Positions 1 through 9,373 of a stretch of 64,000 nucleotides of DNA are shown here, piece by piece. The notes below the pieces were generated by a model. It made no database searches. It saw only the letters and a program-made list of their open reading frames with translations, and was not told where the DNA came from. How positions within the stretch are numbered: the stretch's first letter is position 1; each line of letters begins with the position of its first letter. Source of the DNA: Planctomycetota bacterium. GTDB taxonomy: Bacteria; Planctomycetota; B15-G4. The stretch is from assembly GCA_965248575.1 (NCBI GenBank), contig CBDFJQ010000002.1, forward strand, positions 2,528,001 to 2,592,000, read 5' to 3'. Position numbers and translations under genes: made by a program.

Positions 1-834
1 TCGTATACCGAACAGCGGCCCCTCATCGACGAGATCTTCGAGCGCTTCCGCTCGGAGCAGCAGGAGTTGCCGACGGTCGCCTGGGCCGTGCAGGGAACAG
101 GCGGCTTCGTGGGCTCGCTCGAGACGATCCTGCCCATGGGCTTGGCCGCCAAGGTGTACGGCGAAGAGGAAGATGCGGCGGAACGCGCCGGCGACGACAT
201 CGTCGTGCCCATCACGAACTTGCCCAACTTCCTGACGCATCTGGCGCGAGAGGGCTACGCCGGCGGGATGTGGAATGCCCAGCAGCCGATCTTCTTCTGC
301 ATCGACTCCAACAACGAGTTGCAGTTCCTGCGCGTGCGCCGGGCGGACGCGGGCGGCATGCAGATGGACATCCTCGATGCGGACGGCGACTGGCTGCAGT
401 ACGAAGGCGCCGAAGAGATCGAGATGCTCGAGAACCGCGATGCGTGCGACGAGCGCCTCGTGGCCACCATGGGCAGCCGACCGGTGATGAGTTGGCCCGT
501 GGACGGAAACTTCTGGTCCGTGGGCCCCAAGGGCGGCGAACCGGGCTGCATCACCCGCGAGGAAGATGAGCTGCCCTACGGCATCTTGTTCACCGACGAG
601 GAAGAAGCCCGGGACTGGCGCGAAGAAAGCGACTCCCCTTGGGTGTCCTTTCCGGTCGACAGCGTCGTGGAGTTCCTGGAGAGCGAGTCCCTGGACGGCA
701 GTGGCGTCCTGCTCAACCCGGCCAGCCACCGGGTGCACTCGGGCGTGCTTTGGCGCGACGGCGAGCGGATCGTCCTGGAGAGCTACAGCGGTTTCTGGGT
801 CCTGGATGGCGACGAGTTCGAGAAAGTCGACTAG
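1..834 (+). CDS. Hypothetical acidic protein, 5'-truncated by the window edge; appears to contain two related subdomains
   Basis: Frame 1 is open from base 1 to TAG at 832-834 with host-like codon usage. Two segments look loosely alike (WAVQGTGG..NFL..GGMWN and WSVGPKGG..EFL..GVLLNP). Confidence 0.7.
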   Translation, partial: SYTEQRPLIDEIFERFRSEQQELPTVAWAVQGTGGFVGSLETILPMGLAAKVYGEEEDAAERAGDDIVVPITNLPNFLTHLAREGYAGGMWNAQQPIFFCIDSNNELQFLRVRRADAGGMQMDILDADGDWLQYEGAEEIEMLENRDACDERLVATMGSRPVMSWPVDGNFWSVGPKGGEPGCITREEDELPYGILFTDEEEARDWREESDSPWVSFPVDSVVEFLESESLDGSGVLLNPASHRVHSGVLWRDGERIVLESYSGFWVLDGDEFEKVD

Positions 835-1225
835 CTGGGCCCAACCGAACCTGCGTCACCAGGGGCGTTCCATCGAGGTATCCCTGGCAGTTCCAAGCGC
901 GAAAACCAGCAGTCGAACGCTTTTCAGGTTTTCTGCGAAACGACACCGCGACTCGCGGTGTCAGGGATCCGAGGCGGCGGGTGTTGAGTTTCGAGCATCT
1001 GCTAGGCCGTCCACCCCGACCGAACGATCCGTTCAAGCAGGGGCCGGTCGACCTCTCCACATCCACAATCGATTTGGGAAGAGCCAGGCTCACCCTGCCC
1101 CCCGAGCTTGGTGTCACAACTCAGCAGAACCCATTCATCACTCGGCTGAGTGGGGACAGAAAGAGGGATTTTGTCAGGACCTCGCTCCTGCCCCGGCCCC
1201 CCCGGGGTGGGAGCGATCTGAATTC

Positions 1226-2362
1226 CTAGACCGGGGTGTCCTTGTTGTGTTCGCGCTTGCGGAGCTTGTTCTGGTGCTTCAACAAGGCGCGCTCTTGCTT
1301 GCGTAGGCGCTTCTCGGCCCGGGCGCGATCCTTGCCCAACGTCTCCTCCGTACGCGGGCCGCTCCCGCTCCAGTCGTAGCCTTCGTCCCGGTCGTAACCG
1401 TAGCCGTAGTGGGCTGCGTCCAGGGGATCGGAGGCGAGCCCCGTGAGGAAGCTGCCGATCACCCGTCCGCCTGCTGCACGGATGTTCTCGATGCTGCGGT
1501 TGACGGTGTTGCGCGCGGTGTCCTGCAGGCGCACCACCAAGAGGGCGCCGTTCACCAGGGCCGACACCACGCAGGCATCGGTCCACGGGTTGACGGGTGG
1601 TGCATCCAGGATGATCCAGGTGTAGCGCCGCTTCAGCTCGTCCATCAGATGCACGAAGCTGTCCGAACCCAGGAGCTCGGCCGGGCTGTCGGGCTCGGCA
1701 CCTGCGCAAACGAGATCGAGGTTCGGCACGACCGACGGGATGCGCACATGGTTCAGGGAGACCTCCCCCTTGATCAACTCGGTGACGCCGCGCTCCATCT
1801 CGATGCCAAACGCGTTCCCGATTCCAGGAGCGCGGGAGTCGAGGTCGAGCAGACACACGCGAGTGCCAGGAACCTCTGCCATGCAGGCGGCCAGGTTGGC
1901 CGCGGTGATGGACTTGCCTTCGCCACGCTTGCTGCTCGTGACGACGATCGCCCAGGGTGCGCCGGACGGGTTGAGGGCCGAGAGGTTCGTGCGGCAGGCG
2001 CGGTACTGCTCCGCCAGCAAGCCGCTCGGGTCGTGATACATGACGAGGTGACCGTCCACCTTCGACAAGAGCCCGCCCGGTCGTTCGAGTTCGCCCGTCT
2101 CGTCCTGCGTGACCTCGCTGGCATCCCCCAGGGCAGGGGCTTCCTCGGGCGCGACACTCATTGGTTGCGACGAGATCTCGGCACCCACTAGACCCGCTGC
2201 GGTGCCGTAGGCAGCCACGGCAGCCGAGTCGATGCCCTGATCGGACTCGTCAGCCCCGGGCTCGGGCTGGACAGCGGCATCTCCCTGGCTGTCGCCGTCC
2301 GCCATCTCGGGCGTGGGCTCGTCCTGGGGACCATCGATCGGGTTTTCGGGGTCACTCATCAT
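1226..2362 (-). CDS. CpsD/CapB (Wzc-like) BY-kinase, cytoplasmic tyrosine kinase
   Basis: EQYRACRTNL, Walker A SSKRGEGKS, Walker A' LLDLD, Walker B IILDAPP, C-terminal Tyr cluster HYGYGYDRDEGY. Confidence 0.85.
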   Translation of the reverse strand: MMSDPENPIDGPQDEPTPEMADGDSQGDAAVQPEPGADESDQGIDSAAVAAYGTAAGLVGAEISSQPMSVAPEEAPALGDASEVTQDETGELERPGGLLSKVDGHLVMYHDPSGLLAEQYRACRTNLSALNPSGAPWAIVVTSSKRGEGKSITAANLAACMAEVPGTRVCLLDLDSRAPGIGNAFGIEMERGVTELIKGEVSLNHVRIPSVVPNLDLVCAGAEPDSPAELLGSDSFVHLMDELKRRYTWIILDAPPVNPWTDACVVSALVNGALLVVRLQDTARNTVNRSIENIRAAGGRVIGSFLTGLASDPLDAAHYGYGYDRDEGYDWSGSGPRTEETLGKDRARAEKRLRKQERALLKHQNKLRKREHNKDTPV

Positions 2363-4068
2363 GGGCGCTCTCCGGGCATGCCTCCCAATCGGGTCACGAG
2401 CCCGGCTGTCTTCAACAGAATCGGGTGATCATTGTCGCGCAGAGAGTCAGATGCAGTTCGTCCCATACGAGAAAGCCGCTGACAGCTACCTTTGGCGAGG
2501 AGCAGCTCCTGCTCCAGCCGCTCGGCGCCGACTCGGTCGGCCCCCTGCTCGTGGAGGGTCGCTGCGCGGGAAAGGACGGCAGCCTGGGCATAGGCCGAGA
2601 GGGCCTGATCGGCCAAGGCCGCGCAGACGAGCTGCTCGCCCCGGATGCCCTTGCCGTGCGCCTGGAGTGCCTTGCCTGAGGACACGGCCAGTTCGGCCAC
2701 CGTCATGGAGAGCGCCAGGGATTCCGCCCGCAGCTCATCGGGTACTTGCATGGGTTCCGGCGCCTCGGCCCCGCTCAGCAGGCGGCCGTAGGGGTCGTCC
2801 CGACCCGGCACGCCCTTCGCGAGCAAGACCCCCACCTCGCGCAGACCACTCGTGGCCACCATGACCCGCAGGATCTCGTTGGTGCCTTCGAAGATCATGT
2901 TGACCCGCGCGTCGCGCAGCATGCGCTCGAAGGGATAGTCGGTGGTGAAGCCATTGCCTCCGGCGCACTGCACCGCGTCGTTCACCACGGCCCACAGTGT
3001 CTCGGTTCCGAAGACCTTGCAGAGCGCCGACTCGAGCGGCAGATTCATCGCGTGCCGGTCGGAGAGCCCCGTGGTGAGGAAGACCATGCACTCCAGCGCG
3101 TGGATGTCCTGAGCCATGCGCCCGAGCTTCTGTTGGATCAGCTGGAATTCGCCGATGGGGCGGCCGAACTGTTCGCGCTCCTGGGTGTACTTGACGGTCT
3201 CAGCCAACAGGAAGCGGGACGCGCCGACGCAGCCACCCGACAAGCCCGTGCGCCCGGTGTTCAAGATCTCCAGGGCCAGCCGAAAGCCCTCGCCAGCCTC
3301 ACCCACGAGGTTCTCCACGGGCACCATCACGTCCTCGAAGACGAGTGGCACCGTCGAGCTGCCGCGGATACCGAGTTTCTCTTCCTCGCGCCCGATCTCG
3401 TAACCCATCTCGCGTTCGATGAGCAGGCAGGAGATGGATGGACGACCGTCGTCGCGCGGATGATCAGGCGTGCGCACGAAGGTCGCGACGATGTCGGCGA
3501 TGCCGCCGTTGGTGATCCACAGCTTGTTGCCGTTCACCACGTAGTGCTTGCCGTCTTCCGAAAGGATGGCCGTGCACTTGAGGGACTGCGCGTCACTGCC
3601 AGCGTCGGGTTCGGAGAGCGCGAAGGCCGCCTTCAACTCCCCCGTCGCCATGCGCGGCAGATACTTCGCCTTCTGCTCGGGGCTCCCGGCCAGGAGCAGC
3701 GCCTTGATGCCGATGGTGGAGTGCCCACCCGACGTGATGGCCGTGGCGCCGTCGGCGGCCGAGAGGTCCATGCCGACCCGGCAGTACTGGGTCGCGTTCA
3801 GATCCAGGCCCCCGAATTCCTCCGGGATGCGCATGCCGAAGATGCCCAGCTCGGAGAGCCCGTCGAGCACCTCGGACGAAAGGGCGTGAGCCTTGTCGAT
3901 GGCCTCGGCGTCGATGTGATCCTTGGCGAAACGCCCGAAGGCGTCTCTCATCATGGCCAGCAGCTCACCCTGATCGGCATCCAGGAAGGGATACGGGGTC
4001 AGAGCGGCCGTATCGAGCTGGCCAAGGAACATGGACTGAACGAGCGGCTTCACGGTCGGAAAGGTCAT
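2359..4068 (-). CDS. Acyl-CoA dehydrogenase (ACAD9/VLCAD-like)
   Basis: FALSEPDAGSD, NGNKLWITNG, KLGIRGS, REQFGRPI, IFEGTNEI. Start placed at ATG 4068 (MTFPTVK) because the longer ORF runs through the riboswitch. Confidence 0.92.
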   Translation of the reverse strand: MTFPTVKPLVQSMFLGQLDTAALTPYPFLDADQGELLAMMRDAFGRFAKDHIDAEAIDKAHALSSEVLDGLSELGIFGMRIPEEFGGLDLNATQYCRVGMDLSAADGATAITSGGHSTIGIKALLLAGSPEQKAKYLPRMATGELKAAFALSEPDAGSDAQSLKCTAILSEDGKHYVVNGNKLWITNGGIADIVATFVRTPDHPRDDGRPSISCLLIEREMGYEIGREEEKLGIRGSSTVPLVFEDVMVPVENLVGEAGEGFRLALEILNTGRTGLSGGCVGASRFLLAETVKYTQEREQFGRPIGEFQLIQQKLGRMAQDIHALECMVFLTTGLSDRHAMNLPLESALCKVFGTETLWAVVNDAVQCAGGNGFTTDYPFERMLRDARVNMIFEGTNEILRVMVATSGLREVGVLLAKGVPGRDDPYGRLLSGAEAPEPMQVPDELRAESLALSMTVAELAVSSGKALQAHGKGIRGEQLVCAALADQALSAYAQAAVLSRAATLHEQGADRVGAERLEQELLLAKGSCQRLSRMGRTASDSLRDNDHPILLKTAGLVTRLGGMPGERP

Positions 4069-4193
4069 CCCCCCATCATCGGGACTCTGGGCTCCCGGCA
4101 AAAGGATCATCCCGTGAGACCTTGCCCTTGACCCGGCCCTTGACCCAAGCGGCGATCGGTGGCTCAATACCCCCGTCGCCGGATGCCCGGTGG

Positions 4194-4435
4194 CGTCGTT
4201 CTTTATCAGTCCGATTCGTGTTCTCGGCCTCGGGGAAGACGGTGCAATTCCGTCACGGTCCCGCCGCTGTAAATGGTGACGAAGGGTGCACCGAGCCCTC
4301 GACGATCCTGTCTGTTCGATCGTCAGCAAGCTCAAGCCACTGTTCGAAACGCGTGTGAGGCTCATCGCCTCCACGCAGATCGGATGGGAAGGCGCACCCC
4401 GAGGATGATCCATGAGTCAGAAAACCCAGCCGACG
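4194..4435 (+). promoter_or_regulatory. Cobalamin (B12) riboswitch
   Basis: Conserved elements in order: GGGAA-GACGGTGCAATTCCGTC-ACGGTCCCGCCGCTGTAA, GCCACTG, GGGAAGGC, B12-box GAGTCAGAAAACC. Boundaries approximate. Confidence 0.92.
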
Positions 4436-4557
4436 AATCGTTCGAAGTCCACCCGGAGATAGGTGGGCCCGAACACTCGTTGGACGTTCCGATTTCCGAA
4501 ACTGCTCCCCCTGCACGCCATGCATGCAAGGGACCCGGCAGGCAAGGGAATCTCACG

Positions 4558-4647
4558 GAACGAAGGCCGCCAGGCAAATCAGGACCTCTGACCTCTCCTT
4601 TGGGAGCGGGCGCGGGTCAGGATCGCCGAGGCGGCTTTTTTCGTTTC
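4558..4647 (+). terminator. Putative intrinsic terminator / riboswitch expression platform
   Basis: gaaggccgcc ... ggcggctttt stem with inner ctgacc/ggtcag and ctcc/ggag pairing, followed by a T-rich tract (ttttttcgttt). Confidence 0.6.
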
Positions 4648-4790
4648 TGAACGTCCTCAACATCTGGAGACGCCTTCGGGCGTTCCCTCCCCAGGAATCC
4701 TTCTGCCTGCGGTCCGTTCAGTGGCCGCGCCACCAAGAGAGGCAGGAGCAGGACGCCGGAGCCGGAGCACGGGTCATTCCCCTTTTGGTC

Positions 4791-6134
4791 ATGACATCCA
4801 TGCGTTTCTCATCCGCTCTTTTCTCGGCAGCTCTGCTGTCGGGCTCAGCACTGGCTTCTGATTTCACCGTTCCGACCGGCTTCAACCTCGAGAGCGCTGG
4901 CTCTTCGGGTCCCGTGGCCGGCGTTCTGCTGGACGGTCGGATCCTCATCGCCACCGGCTCCTTCGGTGCCGAAGGCCTGGCCGTCCTGCATCCCGATGGC
5001 AGCGCCACACCCTTCGCCACGGGATTCGGCTCCCTGGCTGGCGTCGCCCAGTCCCCCATCACGGGCGACATCGTGGTGGGAGATTCACTCTTTGCACCAG
5101 CGCTCACCGTGCTGCGAGATTTCGACAACAACGGCGACGCCCTGGGTGCCGGGGAACATCTGCCCCATGTTGCACAGCCCGGTCCCGTAGGCGCAGGCCC
5201 CGCCCCCTTGCCCTTCAACCTGAGCTTCAAGCCCGGGACGGACGAGCTCTTCATGACGGGCTCCACGCCCTTCGACCCCATGATGGCCTCCACCGGCCTG
5301 GTGTCGCGCTTCGTCGGCGGGGTCGAGAACCTCTACGCCGATGGCATGGGCTTCGCTTCCGGCATGACCTGGGACGGTGACGACCTCTATGTCGCCGACC
5401 TCAACTCGTCGACGTTCTTTGGCCGTGTCGTCACCCTGACGGATGGCAATGCGGATGGCGACGCCCTGGATGCAGGCGAGGCCGTGGACTTCGCTGCCGG
5501 TCTCAGCGGTGCCAGCGGCCTGGTGCAGGCGAAGGATGGACACTTCTACCTCTCGGGTGTGTCGGATGTGCTCGTGGGTGGCGACTTCAGCGGCGCGATA
5601 GCCCGCCTCGCTCCCGACGGGGACAACGACGGCATCACGGATGAGTACATCGAGGCCTACATCGACGGCTTCGCGTTCGCCGGCGCGCTGACCCTGGTCG
5701 AGGGCGTGAACGGTTTCGAGCCAGGCGTCGATGGCGATGGACAGCTCTACGTGGGCGATTACACCTTTCCCGGTGGCAACCGCATCGTGCGCTCGGCTCC
5801 GAACGCCAGCACCAGCGTGGTGGGCGCCGTGGCCAACAACTCCATGTTCAGCATCGTCGTCTCGGGCGACGTGGGCGCCGCGGGCTTCCACATCATCTCG
5901 CTCGACACCACCCCGACGACCATCTCGGGCATCGGCGATCTGTGCACAGGCTTCAACGGGGCGTTCCTCATCGCCCAGCCGCAGGTCATCGGCGCGTCGG
6001 GCTCCGTGAGTCGGACCATCACCGTGCACGGGCAGCCCGCCCTCGTGGGTCTGGACGTGGCCATCCAGGGCATCGTCTTCCAAGCCGGCGACTACGGCCT
6101 TGGCAACCCCCTCGAGTTCACAATCGCTCCTTGA
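4791..6134 (+). CDS. Secreted beta-propeller-like protein with Ca-binding-type DxDxDG loops; first gene after the B12 riboswitch
   Basis: Signal peptide MRFSSALFSAALLSGSALA; repeats DFDNNGDAL, DGNADGDAL, DGDNDG; LYVAD/LYVGD blade motifs. Start at ATG 4791 or 4800. Confidence 0.75.
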   Translation: MTSMRFSSALFSAALLSGSALASDFTVPTGFNLESAGSSGPVAGVLLDGRILIATGSFGAEGLAVLHPDGSATPFATGFGSLAGVAQSPITGDIVVGDSLFAPALTVLRDFDNNGDALGAGEHLPHVAQPGPVGAGPAPLPFNLSFKPGTDELFMTGSTPFDPMMASTGLVSRFVGGVENLYADGMGFASGMTWDGDDLYVADLNSSTFFGRVVTLTDGNADGDALDAGEAVDFAAGLSGASGLVQAKDGHFYLSGVSDVLVGGDFSGAIARLAPDGDNDGITDEYIEAYIDGFAFAGALTLVEGVNGFEPGVDGDGQLYVGDYTFPGGNRIVRSAPNASTSVVGAVANNSMFSIVVSGDVGAAGFHIISLDTTPTTISGIGDLCTGFNGAFLIAQPQVIGASGSVSRTITVHGQPALVGLDVAIQGIVFQAGDYGLGNPLEFTIAP

Positions 6135-6195
6135 GTTCAGGAGAAGCGCCAAAGCTCCATAGCAAGTGCTCAAGCATCACAACCCATCAACATCG

Positions 6196-6238
6196 CGGCC
6201 CGGAGGGGTTGGCTCCCCTCGGCGACTCCTCCGGGCCG
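6196..6238 (+). other. Intercistronic GC-rich stem-loop
   Basis: cggcccggaggggttg pairs with cgactcctccgggccg; no U-tract. Confidence 0.6.
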
Positions 6239-6264
6239 TCCTTCTCACTGCAGGATTCAAGACC

Positions 6265-7293
6265 ATGAACAAGCTCGGACTCACGGCGACCTTGCTGGCG
6301 AGCGCCAGCGCCCTGGCCTTCGTCGGCGGCATCAACCCCTACGGTCAGGCTCTCTACTCCCTCACACCCGGGTTCAACGCAGCCGGTGACTCACTGCAGA
6401 TGCTGGGCCCACCCTCAGGTGAGGGCTTGCACATGGGCTCAGCCGACATCTACCAACTCGGCGTGCAAGGCGAGGTGGTGATTGAGCTGGGCGACCCCGC
6501 GGCCAATGGGCCAGGCACGGACCTCATCATCTACGAGAACCCCTTTCTCGCCATCGGTGGTGCGGACTCCGAGACCTGGGTCGAGGCCCTCAAGGTCGAG
6601 GTCTCGAGTAACAGTGAGGACTGGGCGGGCTTCGACAACAGCTACCTCGGAACGGCTGGGCCCTTCGGCCTCTTCCAGCCCATCCCCATGCACTGGTTCC
6701 GTGGCTTCGCGGGCGTCTCACCCGTGGCAGCCCATCCGGTCCTGGGAGTGGACCCGGCAGACATCGTGCTGGGCGGCGGCGACGTCTTCGACCTGCAAGA
6801 CCTGGTGGACCACCCGAACGTCGTGTCCCAACTGGTGGACCTCGAGGACATCCGCTACGTGCGGCTGACCGACATCCAGGGCGGGGTCAGCACGGACAGC
6901 GCCGGCGGCCTGATCTGGGACTGCGGCGATGTGAACTTCGCTTGCTCCGATGTGGACGCCGTCTACGTCGCCAACAACTCCAACTTCGTTCCCTTCGGTC
7001 GCCCGACGGTGGAACTGAGCATGGAGGAGTTCCCCGGCGGAACCTTCATGGTCCTGGAGATCAGCGATCCCAACGGCCTCTGGCACGTCATCCCGACCAT
7101 CACCGCCAGCTCCAACGGCGTCCCCGGCAACTTCTACAACCTGCTGCAGTACTTCGCGTTCCTTGAGCTGGACGACTTCCACGTGAAGATGGCGGCGGGC
7201 CCGGTGATTCCTCAGCTTCCGCCCACGCAGTTCCGGGTCTCGGCGACCGACATCACGGGCCAGACCAGCGGCGACGCGATCTACTTCCCCTAG
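6265..7293 (+). CDS. Secreted 'cell-surface' protein, candidate cobamide-binding protein
   Basis: Signal peptide MNKLGLTATLLASASALA; motifs NGPGTDLIIYENPF, VEVSS, GGGDVFDL, IRYVRLTD, DVDAV recall surface proteins of B12-regulated loci. Confidence 0.7.
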   Translation: MNKLGLTATLLASASALAFVGGINPYGQALYSLTPGFNAAGDSLQMLGPPSGEGLHMGSADIYQLGVQGEVVIELGDPAANGPGTDLIIYENPFLAIGGADSETWVEALKVEVSSNSEDWAGFDNSYLGTAGPFGLFQPIPMHWFRGFAGVSPVAAHPVLGVDPADIVLGGGDVFDLQDLVDHPNVVSQLVDLEDIRYVRLTDIQGGVSTDSAGGLIWDCGDVNFACSDVDAVYVANNSNFVPFGRPTVELSMEEFPGGTFMVLEISDPNGLWHVIPTITASSNGVPGNFYNLLQYFAFLELDDFHVKMAAGPVIPQLPPTQFRVSATDITGQTSGDAIYFP

Positions 7294-7436
7294 GCCGTCG
7301 CCGGGCTGCAGGCAAGGCGACTTGAAGAGGAGGTGGCGAGCCTGCCGTAGCGCTGTCCCCGGCGGCGAAGTAAGGTCGCAGGAGACGTGAGCGAGCGACC
7401 CTCCGCCTCTCTCGTTGGGAGACCGCGGGAGACCCC

Positions 7437-8642
7437 ATGCCCTACGATGTGTTCATTTGCCACTCGTCTCGAGACCGGCAGATCGCTGACGAGGTCTGCT
7501 CGGTCTTCGAGTCGAACAGGCTGCGATGCTGGATCGCGCCGAGGGATATCACGACAGGCGCGACCTGGGCAGGCTCGATTCGTGCGGCCATCGATGAATG
7601 CCAGGTGCTGTTGGTCTGCCTCTCCGCAAACGCCAACGACTCCGAAGACGTTCATCGAGAAATCGACATGGCGCGCAGGGTGGGCACGGACATCGCATGC
7701 CTGCGTATCGAGGATGTGCAACCGAATGGCGACCTCGGGTACTACCTGAACATCCTGCAGCACTACGACGCCTTCACCCCGCCCCGCGCACCTTCTTTGG
7801 ATTCTCTGGTGAAGGAGCTCCAGAAGAAGATACACCGCGTTCCATCGCCCGAGGAGCTCCTTGAGCGCACGCTCTCCGAAGTCTCTGCGCTGGCCGATTC
7901 AAACGAGACCGTGCGCACCCAGAGCGCTCAAGCACTCAGCGGGCCCTTCGACATCGCCTGCAAACTCCTTCCTTGCGAAGAGGTTGGCGGCGACTTCCTG
8001 GACATCATCACGTTGAGGGATGGCTTTGCCGCCCTCGTGATCGGAGACGTCTCCGGTCATGGCTTCTCATCAGGCCTACGGGTCGTGGAATTCCGTGCCT
8101 ACCTGCGGGCGTTCCTGTCTTGCGCCGACCCGGGCAGCAAGAGCTCCGTCACCAAGGTCATGAGTCAGCTCAACGAGGAATTGCTGCGAGACCTGCCGGA
8201 CTTCATGTTCATGACGGCCTTCCTGGCCCTGCTGAATGTCGACCTACGCAAGCTGAGCTGGTGCGGAGCTGGCTGCGACAACCCTGTCCTTCGCAGGTCA
8301 GATGGAAGCATTGAGCGGCTCGCCCGCAACGGCATGGCACTCAGCCTCGACGACAGTGCGGAGTACTTGGTTCACGAGCCGATCGAGCTTCAGCCCGGTG
8401 ACACCCTCTTGGCGTTCACGGATGGGCTCGCAGAGATCAGGCGGGAACCAAACGATCTCTACGGCGAGGAGCGCATCATCAGCTCCCTCCAACACCACGC
8501 GAAGGGAACCGCCAGCTCGGAGCAGATCATGGCGGGTCTGCTCGAGGATGCGGATGCCTTCCGTGGCGAGGACCCTCTCCAAGACGACTTGACCGTTCTC
8601 GTCCTGCGCTGTCAGGCGTCTACGGATGGCCGCGACGACTGA
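7437..8642 (+). CDS. TIR domain fused to a PP2C/SpoIIE (RsbU-like) Ser/Thr phosphatase
   Basis: N-term YDVFICHSSRD, CWIAPRDI, REI (TIR_2); C-term GGDFLD, GDVSGHG, FTDGL, QDDLT. Confidence 0.88.
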   Translation: MPYDVFICHSSRDRQIADEVCSVFESNRLRCWIAPRDITTGATWAGSIRAAIDECQVLLVCLSANANDSEDVHREIDMARRVGTDIACLRIEDVQPNGDLGYYLNILQHYDAFTPPRAPSLDSLVKELQKKIHRVPSPEELLERTLSEVSALADSNETVRTQSAQALSGPFDIACKLLPCEEVGGDFLDIITLRDGFAALVIGDVSGHGFSSGLRVVEFRAYLRAFLSCADPGSKSSVTKVMSQLNEELLRDLPDFMFMTAFLALLNVDLRKLSWCGAGCDNPVLRRSDGSIERLARNGMALSLDDSAEYLVHEPIELQPGDTLLAFTDGLAEIRREPNDLYGEERIISSLQHHAKGTASSEQIMAGLLEDADAFRGEDPLQDDLTVLVLRCQASTDGRDD

Positions 8643-8654
8643 GCGGGGAGCCCC

Positions 8655-9329
8655 CTAGCCGCCGGCGCGCGCCCGCGGATGCAGGATGTTGTTCTCCAGG
8701 TGGATGTGCTCGTGTAGGGAGCGCTCGAGGTCTTCGAGGCCCACCCAAAGCGCACGCCAGGTGTTGCATGCACCCTCCGGGACCACGAACTCACCCGTCA
8801 GTTCGCGCACCTTGCGCAACATGCCGCCCAGCGTCTCGTGCTCCGACTCCATCACCTGCATCGGCGCACCAGCCATGGGACCCTGGCCCGCCTTGATGGC
8901 CGGGAACAAGATCTCCTCCTCTTTGGGCAGGTGGTCCTCGATGTCGGCCTTGATGCAGAGCACCGTGCGCAGCAGCTCGTCGAAGCGCGCCTGATCCTTG
9001 CTGCCGTGCACGCTGTGCACCTTGCGCATCATGGTCTCGAGGCGCGGCAACTCCTCCTTCAGCGGCGCATGATACGCCACCAGGATGTGGTCAATGAGCA
9101 CGTCGAGCGGCTTGTCGTCCCAGCGCAGCTCCGCTTCTGGCTGTGCGGCGATCTCCTGCTCGAGCTCAGCGATGAACTGCTGGACGTCGACGCCCTTGTT
9201 GTCGCACGCCGTGGAGAGATCCAGGCCGCCCGCGCAACAGAAGTCGATCCCGCGGCGGGCAAAGACGCGCGTGGCGAGGGGATGCTCCGCAGCGAGAGTG
9301 CCGACTTTTGAGTCTGCCGTGATGGTCAT
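8655..9329 (-). CDS. ric: Iron-sulfur cluster repair di-iron protein (Ric/YtfE/ScdA)
   Basis: GIDFCCAG N-terminal motif; hemerythrin motifs H, HLPKEE, EH, HIHLENNIL. Confidence 0.93.
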   Translation of the reverse strand: MTITADSKVGTLAAEHPLATRVFARRGIDFCCAGGLDLSTACDNKGVDVQQFIAELEQEIAAQPEAELRWDDKPLDVLIDHILVAYHAPLKEELPRLETMMRKVHSVHGSKDQARFDELLRTVLCIKADIEDHLPKEEEILFPAIKAGQGPMAGAPMQVMESEHETLGGMLRKVRELTGEFVVPEGACNTWRALWVGLEDLERSLHEHIHLENNILHPRARAGG

Positions 9330-9373
9330 GGCTGTGTCCTTGGTAGTGGCCCATGGAAGGGGCCGGGGGAACG

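Noticed and set aside
4069..4413. N-terminal extension of the 684-aa acyl-CoA dehydrogenase ORF
   Set aside because: Runs antisense through the cobalamin riboswitch; family-like sequence starts at ATG 4068
4524..4790. First ~89 aa of the 536-aa ORF
   Set aside because: Overlaps the terminator and leader region; the signal peptide begins at 4791/4800
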